From an uncultured Planctomycetota bacterium (GTDB lineage Bacteria > Planctomycetota > PLA2 > JAEUHO01): DNA of 64,000 nucleotides. A program made the position numbers and the translations under genes. Below, piece by piece: positions 38,186-48,500 of this stretch. The stretch is taken from assembly GCA_963752285.1 (NCBI GenBank), contig CAVVXN010000005.1, positions 1,760,001 to 1,824,000 on the forward strand, given 5' to 3'. The number at the start of each line of letters is the position of its first letter. Positions within the stretch are counted from its first letter, which is position 1. A model generated the notes under the pieces. The model ran no database searches. It was given only the letters and a program-made list of their open reading frames with translations, and was not told the origin of the DNA.

Positions 38186-39498
38186 CCGACGGCCCCGGCC
38201 GCGCCCAGGCAGAGGCAGCCGTTCTGACCGCCGAACCCGAACGAGCTGGACAGCGCCGTCTGGTGCTCGAGGGCGCGGGCCTCGTTCGGGACCACGTCGA
38301 GGTCGCACCTCGGGTCCGGCGCCTCCTGGTTGATCGTGGGGAGCAGAACGCCCTCGCGCATGCCGATCAGGGTCGCGATGGCCTCGATCGCGCCGGCGGC
38401 TCCGATGGTGTGCCCGATCATCGACTTGTTCGACGAGACGGGGACGTTCGGCGCACGGTCCTCGAAGAGACGCCGGAGGGCGGTCGTCTCTACCGGGTCG
38501 TTCGTCGGCGTGGAGGTGCCGTGCGCATTCACGTACTGGACGTCGTCCGGCGACATCCCCGCGTCCGAGAGCGCGCGGCGCATCGCCGCGAGCGCGCCGT
38601 CGCCGCGCGGGTGGACGTCGGTGATGCGGTACGCGTCGGAGGAGTCGCCGTAGCCGAGGATCTCGCCGAGGACGGGTCGTCCTCGGGCACGCGCGCCCTC
38701 GAGCGTCTCGAGGACGAGCGCGCCCGCACCCTCCGCGATCACGAACCCGCCGCGGCGGCGGTCGAAGGGGCGCGACGCCTTCTCGGGCGTCGGGTAGCGG
38801 CGGACGAGAGCTCCGAGGAGCGCGAATCCGAGGAAGTAGCTGTACGTGAGGAGCGGCTCGACGCCGCCCGTCACGACGAGGTCGGCCCGACCGTCCCGGA
38901 GGAGCCGAGTCCCCTCGCCCACGGCCTGCGTGCCCGCGGCACACGCCGAGACGATCGGGATCGTGGGACCGCCGGCCCCCACGAGGCGCGCGACGAGGGC
39001 GGGAACGGTGTCGGGCAGGCGGATGCTGGCCTGGCTCGGCTCGTACGCGCGGTCGCGGGCGAGCCCCGCGAGGTCCACGGCGCCGTCCTCGGACGTGTGA
39101 CGGAGGACGACGAGCGCCTGCTCGGCGGTCGGGGTGTAGCCGTGGCCGCCCAGGAAGACGGCGACGCGTCCCGGGTCGAGCCCCTCGGGCACCCGGCCCG
39201 ACGGCAGCGCCTCTCGGAGCGCGGTCCGGTAGAGACGGAACGCCGTCCCCCCGTCGGCGTCGAGCGGATGCGGCTCGGCGAGCTCGGACGTGTCGACCTC
39301 GCCCGCGATGTCACACGGCAGGCCGGTGGGGTCGAAGCGCGTGATGCGCCGGATCCCCGACCGGCCCGCGCGCATCGCCCCAAACGTCGTCTCGGCGTCG
39401 GCGCCCAGGCACGTGACCGCGCCCATGCCGGTCACGACGACGCGCAGGGCGGGGTCGCGCTCCCGCGCGGGCCGTCGGCGTCCGCTCGCGCTACTCAC
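38182..39498 (-). CDS. Beta-ketoacyl-ACP synthase (FabF-like, catalytic Cys-His-His intact)
   Basis: VVVTGMG, VSACAAG, VNAHGTST, KSMIGH, SSFGFGGQN. Confidence 0.92.
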   Translation of the reverse strand: MSSASGRRRPARERDPALRVVVTGMGAVTCLGADAETTFGAMRAGRSGIRRITRFDPTGLPCDIAGEVDTSELAEPHPLDADGGTAFRLYRTALREALPSGRVPEGLDPGRVAVFLGGHGYTPTAEQALVVLRHTSEDGAVDLAGLARDRAYEPSQASIRLPDTVPALVARLVGAGGPTIPIVSACAAGTQAVGEGTRLLRDGRADLVVTGGVEPLLTYSYFLGFALLGALVRRYPTPEKASRPFDRRRGGFVIAEGAGALVLETLEGARARGRPVLGEILGYGDSSDAYRITDVHPRGDGALAAMRRALSDAGMSPDDVQYVNAHGTSTPTNDPVETTALRRLFEDRAPNVPVSSNKSMIGHTIGAAGAIEAIATLIGMREGVLLPTINQEAPDPRCDLDVVPNEARALEHQTALSSSFGFGGQNGCLCLGAAGAVG

Positions 39499-40060
39499 CG
39501 GCGAAGAAGTGATGCTCGTCCTCGACCTGGTGGATCCAGCGGCGCGTCAGCTCATCGCCCTCGGGGTAGGCGGCGGGCTTTCCGCACGCGCCGCACTGGA
39601 CCTTCAACCCGTCGGGCGAGGTCCACGCCGCCTCCTGGCAGTAGGTGCAGGCCGTCGGGAGCTCGGCCGTGATCCCCTGGACGCTCTGGACGAGGACCAT
39701 GGGGGTCACGAGCGTCGGCACCTCGTCCGCGTACATACCCGCCTCGAGGCCCGGGCGGTCGCCGAGGTACAGACGGAGCAGCCGGGCCGCGCCCTCCGTG
39801 ATCTGGTTGTTTCGATCGACGGCCTTGCCTTCGCCCAGCTCTTCCTCGACGTGGTCGAGGAGGAGCTGCGTGGCGAGGCGGATCCCGAACGCGCTCTCCA
39901 GCCGGAAGTTGATGTCGAGGAAGTCGATGGAGGTCGCGCCGAGGTCGTTCATGATCGACCGGTCGAGGCCGATCCCGCCCTCTTCGCGGCGCAACGTGAG
40001 GGCGAGGGCCTTCCTGACCTCGGTCTCGATCCGCTCCCGCGTGATGAAGGGGTTCGCCAT
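39491..40060 (-). CDS. Enlarged acyl carrier protein with C-terminal CxxC...CxxC extension
   Basis: DLGATSIDFLDINFRLE phosphopantetheine site, long insertion, then CTYC-x13-CGAC; ATG 40060, 189 aa. Confidence 0.85.
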   Translation of the reverse strand: MANPFITRERIETEVRKALALTLRREEGGIGLDRSIMNDLGATSIDFLDINFRLESAFGIRLATQLLLDHVEEELGEGKAVDRNNQITEGAARLLRLYLGDRPGLEAGMYADEVPTLVTPMVLVQSVQGITAELPTACTYCQEAAWTSPDGLKVQCGACGKPAAYPEGDELTRRWIHQVEDEHHFFAGE

Positions 40061-40123
40061 GCCCGCTTGGTGCCTCCCGACGCCGGTCGCGCCCCCCCCG
40101 ATGGCTCTCCGACCGGGGGAGTA

Positions 40124-40160
40124 GGGGGTGTACACCCCCCCCGGACCCTGGCAAGGTCCG
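40124..40160 (-). promoter_or_regulatory. Candidate internal promoter/operator upstream of the ACP gene
   Basis: Minus strand TTGCCA-N16-TACACC; perfect 16-bp palindrome GGGGGTGTACACCCCC over the -10 and CGGACC/GGTCCG flanking the -35. Confidence 0.45.
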
Positions 40161-40179
40161 TGGACGCCGCGGGCCGTGC

Positions 40180-40974
40180 CTACGCTCGCGGCGCGTCGGG
40201 GGCGCGCAGGAGCCGGTTCGAGAGCCCTCGATCCACGACGATCGTCTGTCCCGTGATCCCGGCGGCGTCCGGGTGGGTGAGGAGGGCCACGGCGCCTGCG
40301 ATCTCTTCCGGTCGGACGAAGAGCTCGTCCGGGAGCTCGTCGAGCCCGCGCCACAGACGCCGGAGCGTCTTGAACGCGTCCGTCTTCGCGAGGCCCGCGC
40401 AGACCGCGTTCGCCCGCACCCGCTTGTCGCGCAGCTCCTCGCCCCACTGCCGGATCATCGCCTCCATCGCCGCCTTCAGGGGGCCCAGGGGGTACTGCGG
40501 GTTCATGAAGCGGGAGCCGAGGCTCGAGACGAAGACGACGTCGCCCCCGCGGCGTTCGAGCAGGGGAAGCGCCCGTTGAAGACAGAAGACGGGGCCGTAG
40601 AGGTTCGTCTCCACGAGCTGAACCAGGTCGCGCTCGAAGAGCCGCCAGGTCTCCTTGAAGGGCGCGCGGGCCGCGTTCAGGACCAGCACGTCGAGGCGGC
40701 CGAACGTTGCATCGATCTCGCCGACCACCCGCCCCACGGCCTCCTTGTCGGCGACGTCGGCGTAGAGGCACGTCGCGCGGCGGCCCAGGCCTTCGATCTC
40801 CCGGACGAGGGCCTCCGCCGACGCTGCGCCGGGCCCGCCCGGACGGCGACCGTGGACGACGACGTCGGCGCCCGCGCGGGCGAGCCGCGCAGCGATCGCG
40901 TGGCCGACGCCGCGCGTGCTGCCTGTGACCCAGGCGACCTTGCCCGAGAGAAAGGCCTCCGGCGCCTCGTTCAC
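40180..40974 (-). CDS. SDR-type enoyl-ACP reductase (FabL-like)
   Basis: TGSTRGVG, VSSLGSRF..PQY..GPLKAAMEA, ITGQTIVVD; first gene of the FAS-like cluster. Confidence 0.75.
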   Translation of the reverse strand: MNEAPEAFLSGKVAWVTGSTRGVGHAIAARLARAGADVVVHGRRPGGPGAASAEALVREIEGLGRRATCLYADVADKEAVGRVVGEIDATFGRLDVLVLNAARAPFKETWRLFERDLVQLVETNLYGPVFCLQRALPLLERRGGDVVFVSSLGSRFMNPQYPLGPLKAAMEAMIRQWGEELRDKRVRANAVCAGLAKTDAFKTLRRLWRGLDELPDELFVRPEEIAGAVALLTHPDAAGITGQTIVVDRGLSNRLLRAPDAPRA

Positions 40975-41120
40975 GGGGCGACGCTCAGGGGGCAGGGCCG
41001 TTCGGGCGGCGAAGCGACGTTCGCGGGCATGGTGCGGGTTGTAGCACGGCCGACGCCCGGCCCCCGTGACGGCGGCGCGCCCCTTCGGCCCGGGGAGGAG
41101 GAGCCGTAGGATCCGTCGTC

Positions 41121-42095
41121 ATGCGCCGCCGCTCCCTCCTCCCCGAGAGCGTCGTCGGCGGCCTCGTGCTCCTGGGCCTCCGCTCGCTCACGAGAATCCT
41201 CCGCGCCCTTCCGGCGCGCTGGGTCCTCGCGGGGGCGGACGTGGTCGGCCTGCTCCTGTACGCGGTGGACCGCCGGGGCCGGCGCGTCGCGCGCGACAAC
41301 CTGCGCGTGGTCTTCGGCGACCAGCTGTCGCACGCGGAGCGGCTCCGGATCCAGCGCGAGGCCCAGCAGGGTGTGGTGCGCGCGCTCGCCGTGACCCTCC
41401 ACGCCTCGCCCCTCACGGCCGAGCGCGTGCGGCGCTGGGTCGTGGTCCCGCCCGAGACGGAGGGGGTGCTGCGGGGGGCGGCGCGTCACGCGAAGGGCGC
41501 GGTGGTGGTCTCGGCGCACGTCGGGAACTGGGAGATGCTGCTCGGCCTGGCTTCGGTGTTTCGCGACATCGCCACGACGACGTTCCTCTTCGAACCCAAC
41601 CCCACGCCCGGCCTCGACCGGTTCCTCGACTGGCTGCGCGGGACCTCGGGCGGGCGCTCGGCGTCTCGGAAGGGCGGCGCGCGGTCGCTGATGACGCACG
41701 TGCGGAACGGGGGCATCGCGGGCCTCCTCGTGGACCGGAACGTCCGGCGGAGCCAAGGTGGCATCTGGGCCCCCTTCTTCGGGCTGCAGGCGTGCACGTC
41801 TCCGCTGCCCGCTCTCCTCGCGCTGAGGAACCGCACGCAGATCGCGCCGCTCTTCCTCCTGCCCCTCACGGACGGACGCTACCTCGTGGAGCTCGGGCCC
41901 GAGCTCACGCAGGGCGTGGCGACGGGCGATCCCCGGCAAGACATTCTCGAGATCACGGCGCGCCTGAACCGGGTGCTCGAGGCCGTGATCCGGACGTACC
42001 CCGAGGCGTGGAACTGGACCCTCAAGCGCTTCAAGAGCCGCCCGCGGCGCGAGCGCGGGCCCTACCCGTCCTACAGCCTCTGGGATCCCGAGTGA
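41121..42095 (+). CDS. LpxL/HtrB-family lipid acyltransferase
   Basis: ARDNL, SAHVGNWE, LLVDRN, PFFG, IRTYPEAWNWTLKRFK. Confidence 0.85.
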   Translation: MRRRSLLPESVVGGLVLLGLRSLTRILRALPARWVLAGADVVGLLLYAVDRRGRRVARDNLRVVFGDQLSHAERLRIQREAQQGVVRALAVTLHASPLTAERVRRWVVVPPETEGVLRGAARHAKGAVVVSAHVGNWEMLLGLASVFRDIATTTFLFEPNPTPGLDRFLDWLRGTSGGRSASRKGGARSLMTHVRNGGIAGLLVDRNVRRSQGGIWAPFFGLQACTSPLPALLALRNRTQIAPLFLLPLTDGRYLVELGPELTQGVATGDPRQDILEITARLNRVLEAVIRTYPEAWNWTLKRFKSRPRRERGPYPSYSLWDPE

Positions 42096-42140
42096 CCGGA
42101 GACGTGGCTCGGCGCCGGAGATCCGGCGCGGTCACCGCCG

Positions 42141-43673
42141 TCAGCTCCCCTTCTTCCCCTCCTCGAGCGCGCGCTTCACCTCGCCCTCGAGCCAGACGTT
42201 GTCGGGGTCGAGCTCGAGCGCCAGCCCGAGGAGGCGCACGGCCTCGCCGTGGTCCTTCGAGAGCAAGGCACGGCCCTTGCCGGCGTAGAACTCGCTCTCG
42301 AGGGGACCCAGCTCGATGGCCTTGTCGTAGTTGGAGACGGCCTCGTCGGTCTTTCCGTCGCGCTCGAGGAGCTCGCCGTAGGCGTAGTAGGTCATGGGGT
42401 TCGTCGTCCCCCTCTGGATCGCCTCCGAGTAGAGCCTCTTCGCCCGAATGGGCCGGTCCGTGTACTCGGCGGCCTGCGCGGCCTTTTCGAACCCCGCGGC
42501 CGTGACGAACTTCAAGGTGTCCTTCACGTAGGCGTGCCACTCGTTCTCGAAGGCCGTGAACTCCTCCTCCTTCTTGAGCCCCAGAGCCCCGCGGAAGTGG
42601 GCATAGATCTCGTCGCCGTGCACCGTAGCCATGCCGTTCGCGCCGTCGTGCTCCTGCTGGACGCCCTTGCCGGTCGTCAGGTCGCGGACGAAGGCCTCGA
42701 ACCGCTTCCGGTAGCGCTTGTCGCTCATCAAGAAGTGCACGAGCGACCATCCCCACGTGTAGTGCTCGTACATCTCGTCGGTCTTGAGGAGCTTCTCCAG
42801 GCTCATCTCGTTGCCGGCGTCGATGTCGGTCTTGACCTCCGCCAGGCGTCCCTCCAGCACGAGTCCCGTCTCGAACTTCCTCGTCTGGGTGTCGTAGTGA
42901 CTGGCCCCGTAGTACTCGGCGAGCGACTCGCCGGGGAAGTGGGGCATCGAGAAGCTCGTGTTGAGGAGACTCTGCAGGTAGTGGTTCGTCTCGTGGAACA
43001 TCACGTGCTCGGTCAGGTCCGGCTCGAGACGGTCGTAGTAGAAGTCGAGCTCGAGAGGGGCGACGTATCGGAAGTAGCCGAGGACTCCGCCATGGGCGTT
43101 CGCGATCTGGGCAAACTTGTCGCGGTCGGAGTAGAAGCAGACGGGGAGCTTCCCGGGGTCCTTCGGCTGCCGCACCTTCCACGTCTTCGAGAAGTCGTCG
43201 AAGTACGCTTCCATCATGTCGCGATAGTGCTCGAAGACGAACGGTGCGACCGTGTACTGGAACGTGAAGTGCCGCGACTCGTCCTTGTAGGCGAAGCGCC
43301 AGAGCTGGTGCTTCCGAAGCTCTTCCACGGCCTCGCGCCGCGCGGCGATGCGCTTCTGGATCTCCTCGTCGCGCTTGTCCTTCTTGACCCAACGGCCCTG
43401 GTAGCGGACCAGACCCTTCTCGGCCATCAGGCGTTCTTCGTCCGTCTTGGGCGGAGCGTTCGCGTCGGCCTCGAGGATCGCGTCCTCGATCTGGCCGGCG
43501 GGCACGAGCACTTCCCCGTGCTCGAAGACCACCTTCACCCCCGCCTCGACGCGCTCCATCTTCGGCCGCTCGAGGATTCGCCCGTCCTGCAGGATCAACA
43601 CGTCGGCCCGTGCCGGGGCGGCCAGAACCAGGAGCAGCCAGAGGGCCCCAGCTCCGACGGTGACTCGTCGCAT
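42141..43673 (-). CDS. Secreted zinc-peptidase-like protein (DUF1570-like) with C-terminal TPR
   Basis: Signal peptide, SHD-like ADVLILQDG, FHETNH (HExxH) plus ESLAEYY, C-terminal TPRs. Confidence 0.7.
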   Translation of the reverse strand: MRRVTVGAGALWLLLVLAAPARADVLILQDGRILERPKMERVEAGVKVVFEHGEVLVPAGQIEDAILEADANAPPKTDEERLMAEKGLVRYQGRWVKKDKRDEEIQKRIAARREAVEELRKHQLWRFAYKDESRHFTFQYTVAPFVFEHYRDMMEAYFDDFSKTWKVRQPKDPGKLPVCFYSDRDKFAQIANAHGGVLGYFRYVAPLELDFYYDRLEPDLTEHVMFHETNHYLQSLLNTSFSMPHFPGESLAEYYGASHYDTQTRKFETGLVLEGRLAEVKTDIDAGNEMSLEKLLKTDEMYEHYTWGWSLVHFLMSDKRYRKRFEAFVRDLTTGKGVQQEHDGANGMATVHGDEIYAHFRGALGLKKEEEFTAFENEWHAYVKDTLKFVTAAGFEKAAQAAEYTDRPIRAKRLYSEAIQRGTTNPMTYYAYGELLERDGKTDEAVSNYDKAIELGPLESEFYAGKGRALLSKDHGEAVRLLGLALELDPDNVWLEGEVKRALEEGKKGS

Positions 43674-43728
43674 CGTCGCTCTCCTCCTCGGACCCGGCGG
43701 CCGCGTCGTCTCGCGGGCGCGGGCCGCG

Positions 43729-45360
43729 TCAGATGCTCTTCTCGTACTCGTCGGCGAGTCGCTTCCAGTCCTTGTCGGACCAGTCCTTGAACGTGCGCTC
43801 GAAGACGGCCTCGAGGAAGTGCTTCTCCTTCTCCTCGAAGGCCTTGCTTCGGTTCTTGAAGCGCTCCTCTTCCTCTTCCTCGGTCGCCGGCGGCTTTTCG
43901 GTCTCGGGTTTCGTGGCCTTCTCGGCGGCCAGCTCCTCGTCCAGGACGGCGCGGAGGTTCACGAGGTAGGTCTTGAGAAAGTCCTTCGTACGCTTGCTCC
44001 GGGAAGACAGGAGGAGGCGGATGAACGCGGCGGACTGCTTCACGCGGTTCGGGTTCTCGTAGAACTTCTCCTGCCCCAGGAGGACGAGCTCCTTCGGAGG
44101 GGTCAGCCCGTCCGTCCGGACGGACTCGCGCAGCCCGTCCCGCTCCCAGTCGTCGGGCTTCAACTCGAGAGTCGATCCCTTGGCGCGGGCCGTGCCCAGC
44201 ACCTGTTCCAGCCCGCGCTTGAGCCACCGCGGCATCGCGGAGTAGAGATCCGCGTCGCGATAGGACCACCAGATGTCGAGGAGACGGGAGTTCACGCGCT
44301 CGAACTCGTAGCTCATCGCACCGTTCTGGGCGTCCTTGTGGGTCACGATCTCGAGGTTGAGGCCCCAGCTCGTACCCGACCAGAACGCGTTCTCCTCGTC
44401 CTGGTCCTTGCAGATGCGGATCACGGGACGGGGGACGTACTCGCCGGCGCCGACGAAGTCGAACTCGTCGTCCAGCCATTTCCACACCGCCTCGGCGTGG
44501 GCGACGACCTGCTTCGCGTACTTGTCGTCCGCGTGGTTCAGGACGAGAAAGCGCCCCATCTCCTTCGTCGTCCAGTCGCTCGGCACCGAGGCGGCGAGCT
44601 TCTTGTGCGTCCGCTCCTCGACCTCCTGTCGGTGCTCCTTCCGCTTCTCGGGGGTGAGCTTGCTCTCGTCCACGATCTTCACGGGGTCGCCGGTGATGGC
44701 GGGCGTCAGGCCGCCGTGGGTGCGCTGGATCTTGCGGAACGATCGAAGGCACGCGAGGACGTCGGCCTGGAGCTTCGGCCAGGCGCCTTCGAGCACCTCG
44801 AACTCCACCGCCACCTTCACGTCCGGAAGCTCGTACACCCAGGTGACGATGTGCTTGGGTCCGTTCTGGGTGAGCTTCTCGACCTTGATCTCGTACTGGG
44901 TGACGTTCACGCCATCGATCGTGTCGTGCGCTTCGGCGGAGACGTACCAGCCTCCCCCCGAATAGGTCTTGCGCAGATAGTCCTGGTAGTCCTTGTAGGG
45001 GTTGTTGATCTCGACGAAGAGATCGCCCTCCTCGGTGGTCTTCGCATCGACACCGCGCTTCTTCACGACCTCGTCGATGAACGCGATCACGGTCATGACC
45101 GGCTTGTGGTCGGAGGTCCAGTGGTCGTTGGGGTCCGTGTACGTGAACGCGCGCTCCGAGAGGAACTTCGCGACGATCCACTTCTCGTCGGCGCTCATCG
45201 GGACGAGCGTCCAGTCCCGCGGGACGCGGATCTTGTATCCGATGCGGTCGTCCTCGTGATAGGCGCCCGTCGCCGCGATAGCCGCCGCGGCGAACGCGAG
45301 GGCCACCGCGGCGCCTGCCAGGAACGCGTACCGGCCCCGCCTGCTGCCCTGGGTTCCCAT
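43729..45360 (-). CDS. Secreted hypothetical protein, possibly a degenerate DUF1570-like fold
   Basis: Signal peptide; MPRWLKRGLEQ resembles PxWxxEGxAE but there is no HExxH; ATG 45360. Confidence 0.65.
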   Translation of the reverse strand: MGTQGSRRGRYAFLAGAAVALAFAAAAIAATGAYHEDDRIGYKIRVPRDWTLVPMSADEKWIVAKFLSERAFTYTDPNDHWTSDHKPVMTVIAFIDEVVKKRGVDAKTTEEGDLFVEINNPYKDYQDYLRKTYSGGGWYVSAEAHDTIDGVNVTQYEIKVEKLTQNGPKHIVTWVYELPDVKVAVEFEVLEGAWPKLQADVLACLRSFRKIQRTHGGLTPAITGDPVKIVDESKLTPEKRKEHRQEVEERTHKKLAASVPSDWTTKEMGRFLVLNHADDKYAKQVVAHAEAVWKWLDDEFDFVGAGEYVPRPVIRICKDQDEENAFWSGTSWGLNLEIVTHKDAQNGAMSYEFERVNSRLLDIWWSYRDADLYSAMPRWLKRGLEQVLGTARAKGSTLELKPDDWERDGLRESVRTDGLTPPKELVLLGQEKFYENPNRVKQSAAFIRLLLSSRSKRTKDFLKTYLVNLRAVLDEELAAEKATKPETEKPPATEEEEEERFKNRSKAFEEKEKHFLEAVFERTFKDWSDKDWKRLADEYEKSI

Positions 45361-45531
45361 GGTGCTCTCCCGATCTGGTCCTTTCGATTCTAGTGTGGGA
45401 CCGCCCGTCGCGTCACCGTGAATGGGCGTGCAGGCACGGATCGCCGCCCGGGCGGGTGGCAGGAATGGCGAGGTGCGGGGGGTAGACTCGGCCTTCCGAC
45501 GTGTTCGAGGAGTACGAGCGTGCGCGCGAGC

Positions 45532-48500
45532 ATGGCTGGGCTGGGGTGTCTCTTCCTCGTGGCGGGCCTCGCGGCGGGTCCCACCGGGGCGGGACCCGAT
45601 CCGAAGGCGGACGTGGCGTCTGCCCATCACGACCTGGCGGTGCGCATCGAGCCCGCGGGGCACCAGATCGAGGCGACGGACCGATTCACGTGGCGCGGCG
45701 CCCGGCCGTCCGACGGGTCGCCGCTGTCGCTGGTGCTGAACGCGGACCTGCGCCTCGAGGCCGGGGAAGCGGGCTGGACGGTGGTGGCGTCCGGGAACGA
45801 ATCCCCGGGCGCCGTTCCCCGCCGCGCGTGGTCCGTCGCGCCGGCGGACGGGAAGTGGCCGTCGGAGGTGGTGGTTCCGCTCCGGTGGTCGGGGCGGATC
45901 CACCGCCCGCCCGCGTCGTCCGGCGAGGAGTACGCGCGTTCCTTCGCGACGAGCCCCGGCACCATCGGAGAGGAGGGCGTCGCGCTGACCGGGGCCTCGG
46001 CGTGGGTCCCGCGCGTCGGGGACGAGTTCCTGACCTTCCGACTGGACGTGGATCTGCCGGCGGGTTGGGACGCCGTGAGCCAGGGCCGCCGAGAGGAAGT
46101 CGATGCAGGGGCAGGCCGACATCGGGTGGCCTGGAACTCCGTGCACCCGATGGAGGAGATCTATCTCGTCGCAAACCGCTTCACGCGCTACACGCGCACG
46201 GCTGGCGCGGTCGTGGCCGAGGCGTACCTCCTCGGGCCCGACGCCGGACTCGCGGGGAAGTACCTGGATGCGACCGCGTCGTATCTCGACATGTACCGGC
46301 GCCTCATCGGGCCGTACCCCTTCGCCAAGTTCGCATTGGTGGAGAACTTCTGGGAGACGGGGTACGGGATGCCCTCGTTCACGCTCCTGGGTCCCCAGGT
46401 GATCCGCCTTCCGTTCATCCTCACCTCGAGCTATCCGCACGAAATTCTGCACAACTGGTGGGGGAACTCGGTCTATGTGGACGCCGCGACCGGGAACTGG
46501 TGCGAGGGTCTGACCGCCTACGAGGCGGACCACCTGATCCGCGAGGGCCAGGGGCGCGGCGCCGAGTACCGGCGCGACACCCTGAAGAAGTACCGGAATT
46601 ACGTGCACGGCGCGCGGGACTTCCCGCTCTCGGAGTTCCTGTCCCGTCACTCGGGGGCCACGGAGGCGATCGGCTACGGCAAGAGCCTCATGGTGTTCCA
46701 CATGATGCGTCGTCGGTTGGGCGACGCGCGGTTCACGAACGCGTTGCAGGCGTTCTACCGGGATCGGATCTGGCACGAAGCGTCGTGGGACGACCTGGCC
46801 CACGCGTTCTCGGCCGCCGCGGGGGAGGACCTCTCGGCGTGGGTCGCGGCCTGGGTGCGACGCGCCGGCGCGCCCGTGCTCTCGGTCGAGGCGCATCCGC
46901 GCGATCGTGGGGTTCGAATCGTGGTCCGACAGACGCAGGCGGAGGAGCCCTGGCCACTCTCGGTGCCCGTCGCGGTGACCGTCGAGGGGCGGGCGGACGC
47001 GGTCGTCTCCGAGGTCTCGATGACCGGTCGCGAGGCGTCGGTGGACCTCGAGCTACCGGGCCGCGCGGTCCGCGTCGACCTCGATCCGGAGTTCGACGTG
47101 TTCCGTCGGCTGGACCTGGCGGAGACGCCAGCGACCCTCTCCGAGCTCTTCGGGGCGGAGAAGGTGTCGATCGTCCTGCCCGCCGAGGGCAAGGATCCGC
47201 TCGCCGCGGCATGGCGGCCGTTCGCGAAGACGTGGGCCACCGGCGCCGGCGGGCAGGTCGAGGTGGTCGTCGAGGACGCCATCCAGGCGCTCCCGGCGGA
47301 TCGGGCCGTGTGGGTCCTCGGCGCGACGAACCGCTGGCGCGAGGCGCTCGCCGACCCGGTGGCGCGCCACGGCGGCTCGTGGACGGACGAGAGGATGGAC
47401 TTCTCGGAGACGCAGGTGGAGCGCGGGCGCCATGCGACGGTGCTCTGCGTCCGGCGACCACAGCACCCCGAGCTGGCCATCGGGTGGGTGTCGGCGGACG
47501 ACCCGGCGGCGCTTCCGGGCCTCGCACGAAAGCTCCCCCACTACGGCAAGTATTCCTGGCTTGCCTTCACCGGCAGCGAGCCAGAGAACGTCGCGAAGGG
47601 CGAGTGGTCGGCGTCTTCCTCACCGATGGTGGTCGCGCTCGAGAAGGACGCCGGTGGGCACGTCCCGGCGCGCGGAGCCCTGCCGGAGAGAGCGCCGCTG
47701 GCGCGGGTGGCGCCCGTCTTCGATGGGGAGACACTGCTCGCGAGCGTGCGTGCCCTCGCGGACCCGACGATGGAGGGACGCGGGGTCGGGACGTCTGGGC
47801 TCGCCAAGGCCGAAGCCTGGGTCGCACACGCTTTCGCCGAGGCCGGGCTCTCACCCGGAGGCGGGGACGGAACCTTCCTTCAAGAATTCGTGGTACCGGA
47901 CGGACCGGACGGGGTGCCCGTGAAGCTCGCGAATGTCGTGGGCGTGATCCCGGGGACCGACCCAGCGCTCCGAGCCGCGCCGGTCGTGCTGGGAGCGCAC
48001 TACGACCATCTGGGCCGGGGGTGGCCCGACGTCCACGGGGGAGACCAGGGGAAGATCCACCCGGGCGCGGACGACAACGCGTCCGGTGTGGCCGTGGTGA
48101 TCGCCGTGGCCCGTTCGCTGGTGAAAGAGGGCCCGCTCCGACGACCCGTGGTGTGCGTAGCGTTCAGCGGTGAGGAGTGGGGCCTCAAAGGTTCGCGCTA
48201 CCTGGTCGCGCATCCGGGCACGCTGGACGTGGACCGCGCGCTCGCGATGGTGAACCTCGACACGGTGGGCCGGCTCGGAGATGCGAAGCTGCTCGTGCTC
48301 GGCACCTCGAGCGCGACGGAGTGGCGCCATGTCGCCATGGGGATCGGGTACACGACCGGCGTCGAGTCGACGTGCGTGCCAGACGATCCGCAGGGGAGTG
48401 ACCAGGTCGCGTTCGCCGAAAATGGGATCCCCGCGGTCCAGCTCTTCACGGGGGCCCACGCCGACTACCACCGGCCGACGGACACCATCGACAAGATCGA

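Noticed and set aside
32342..40974. Ladderane biosynthesis
   Set aside because: Only the FAS-like components resemble such loci; no radical SAM, B12-binding or desaturase-like genes are present
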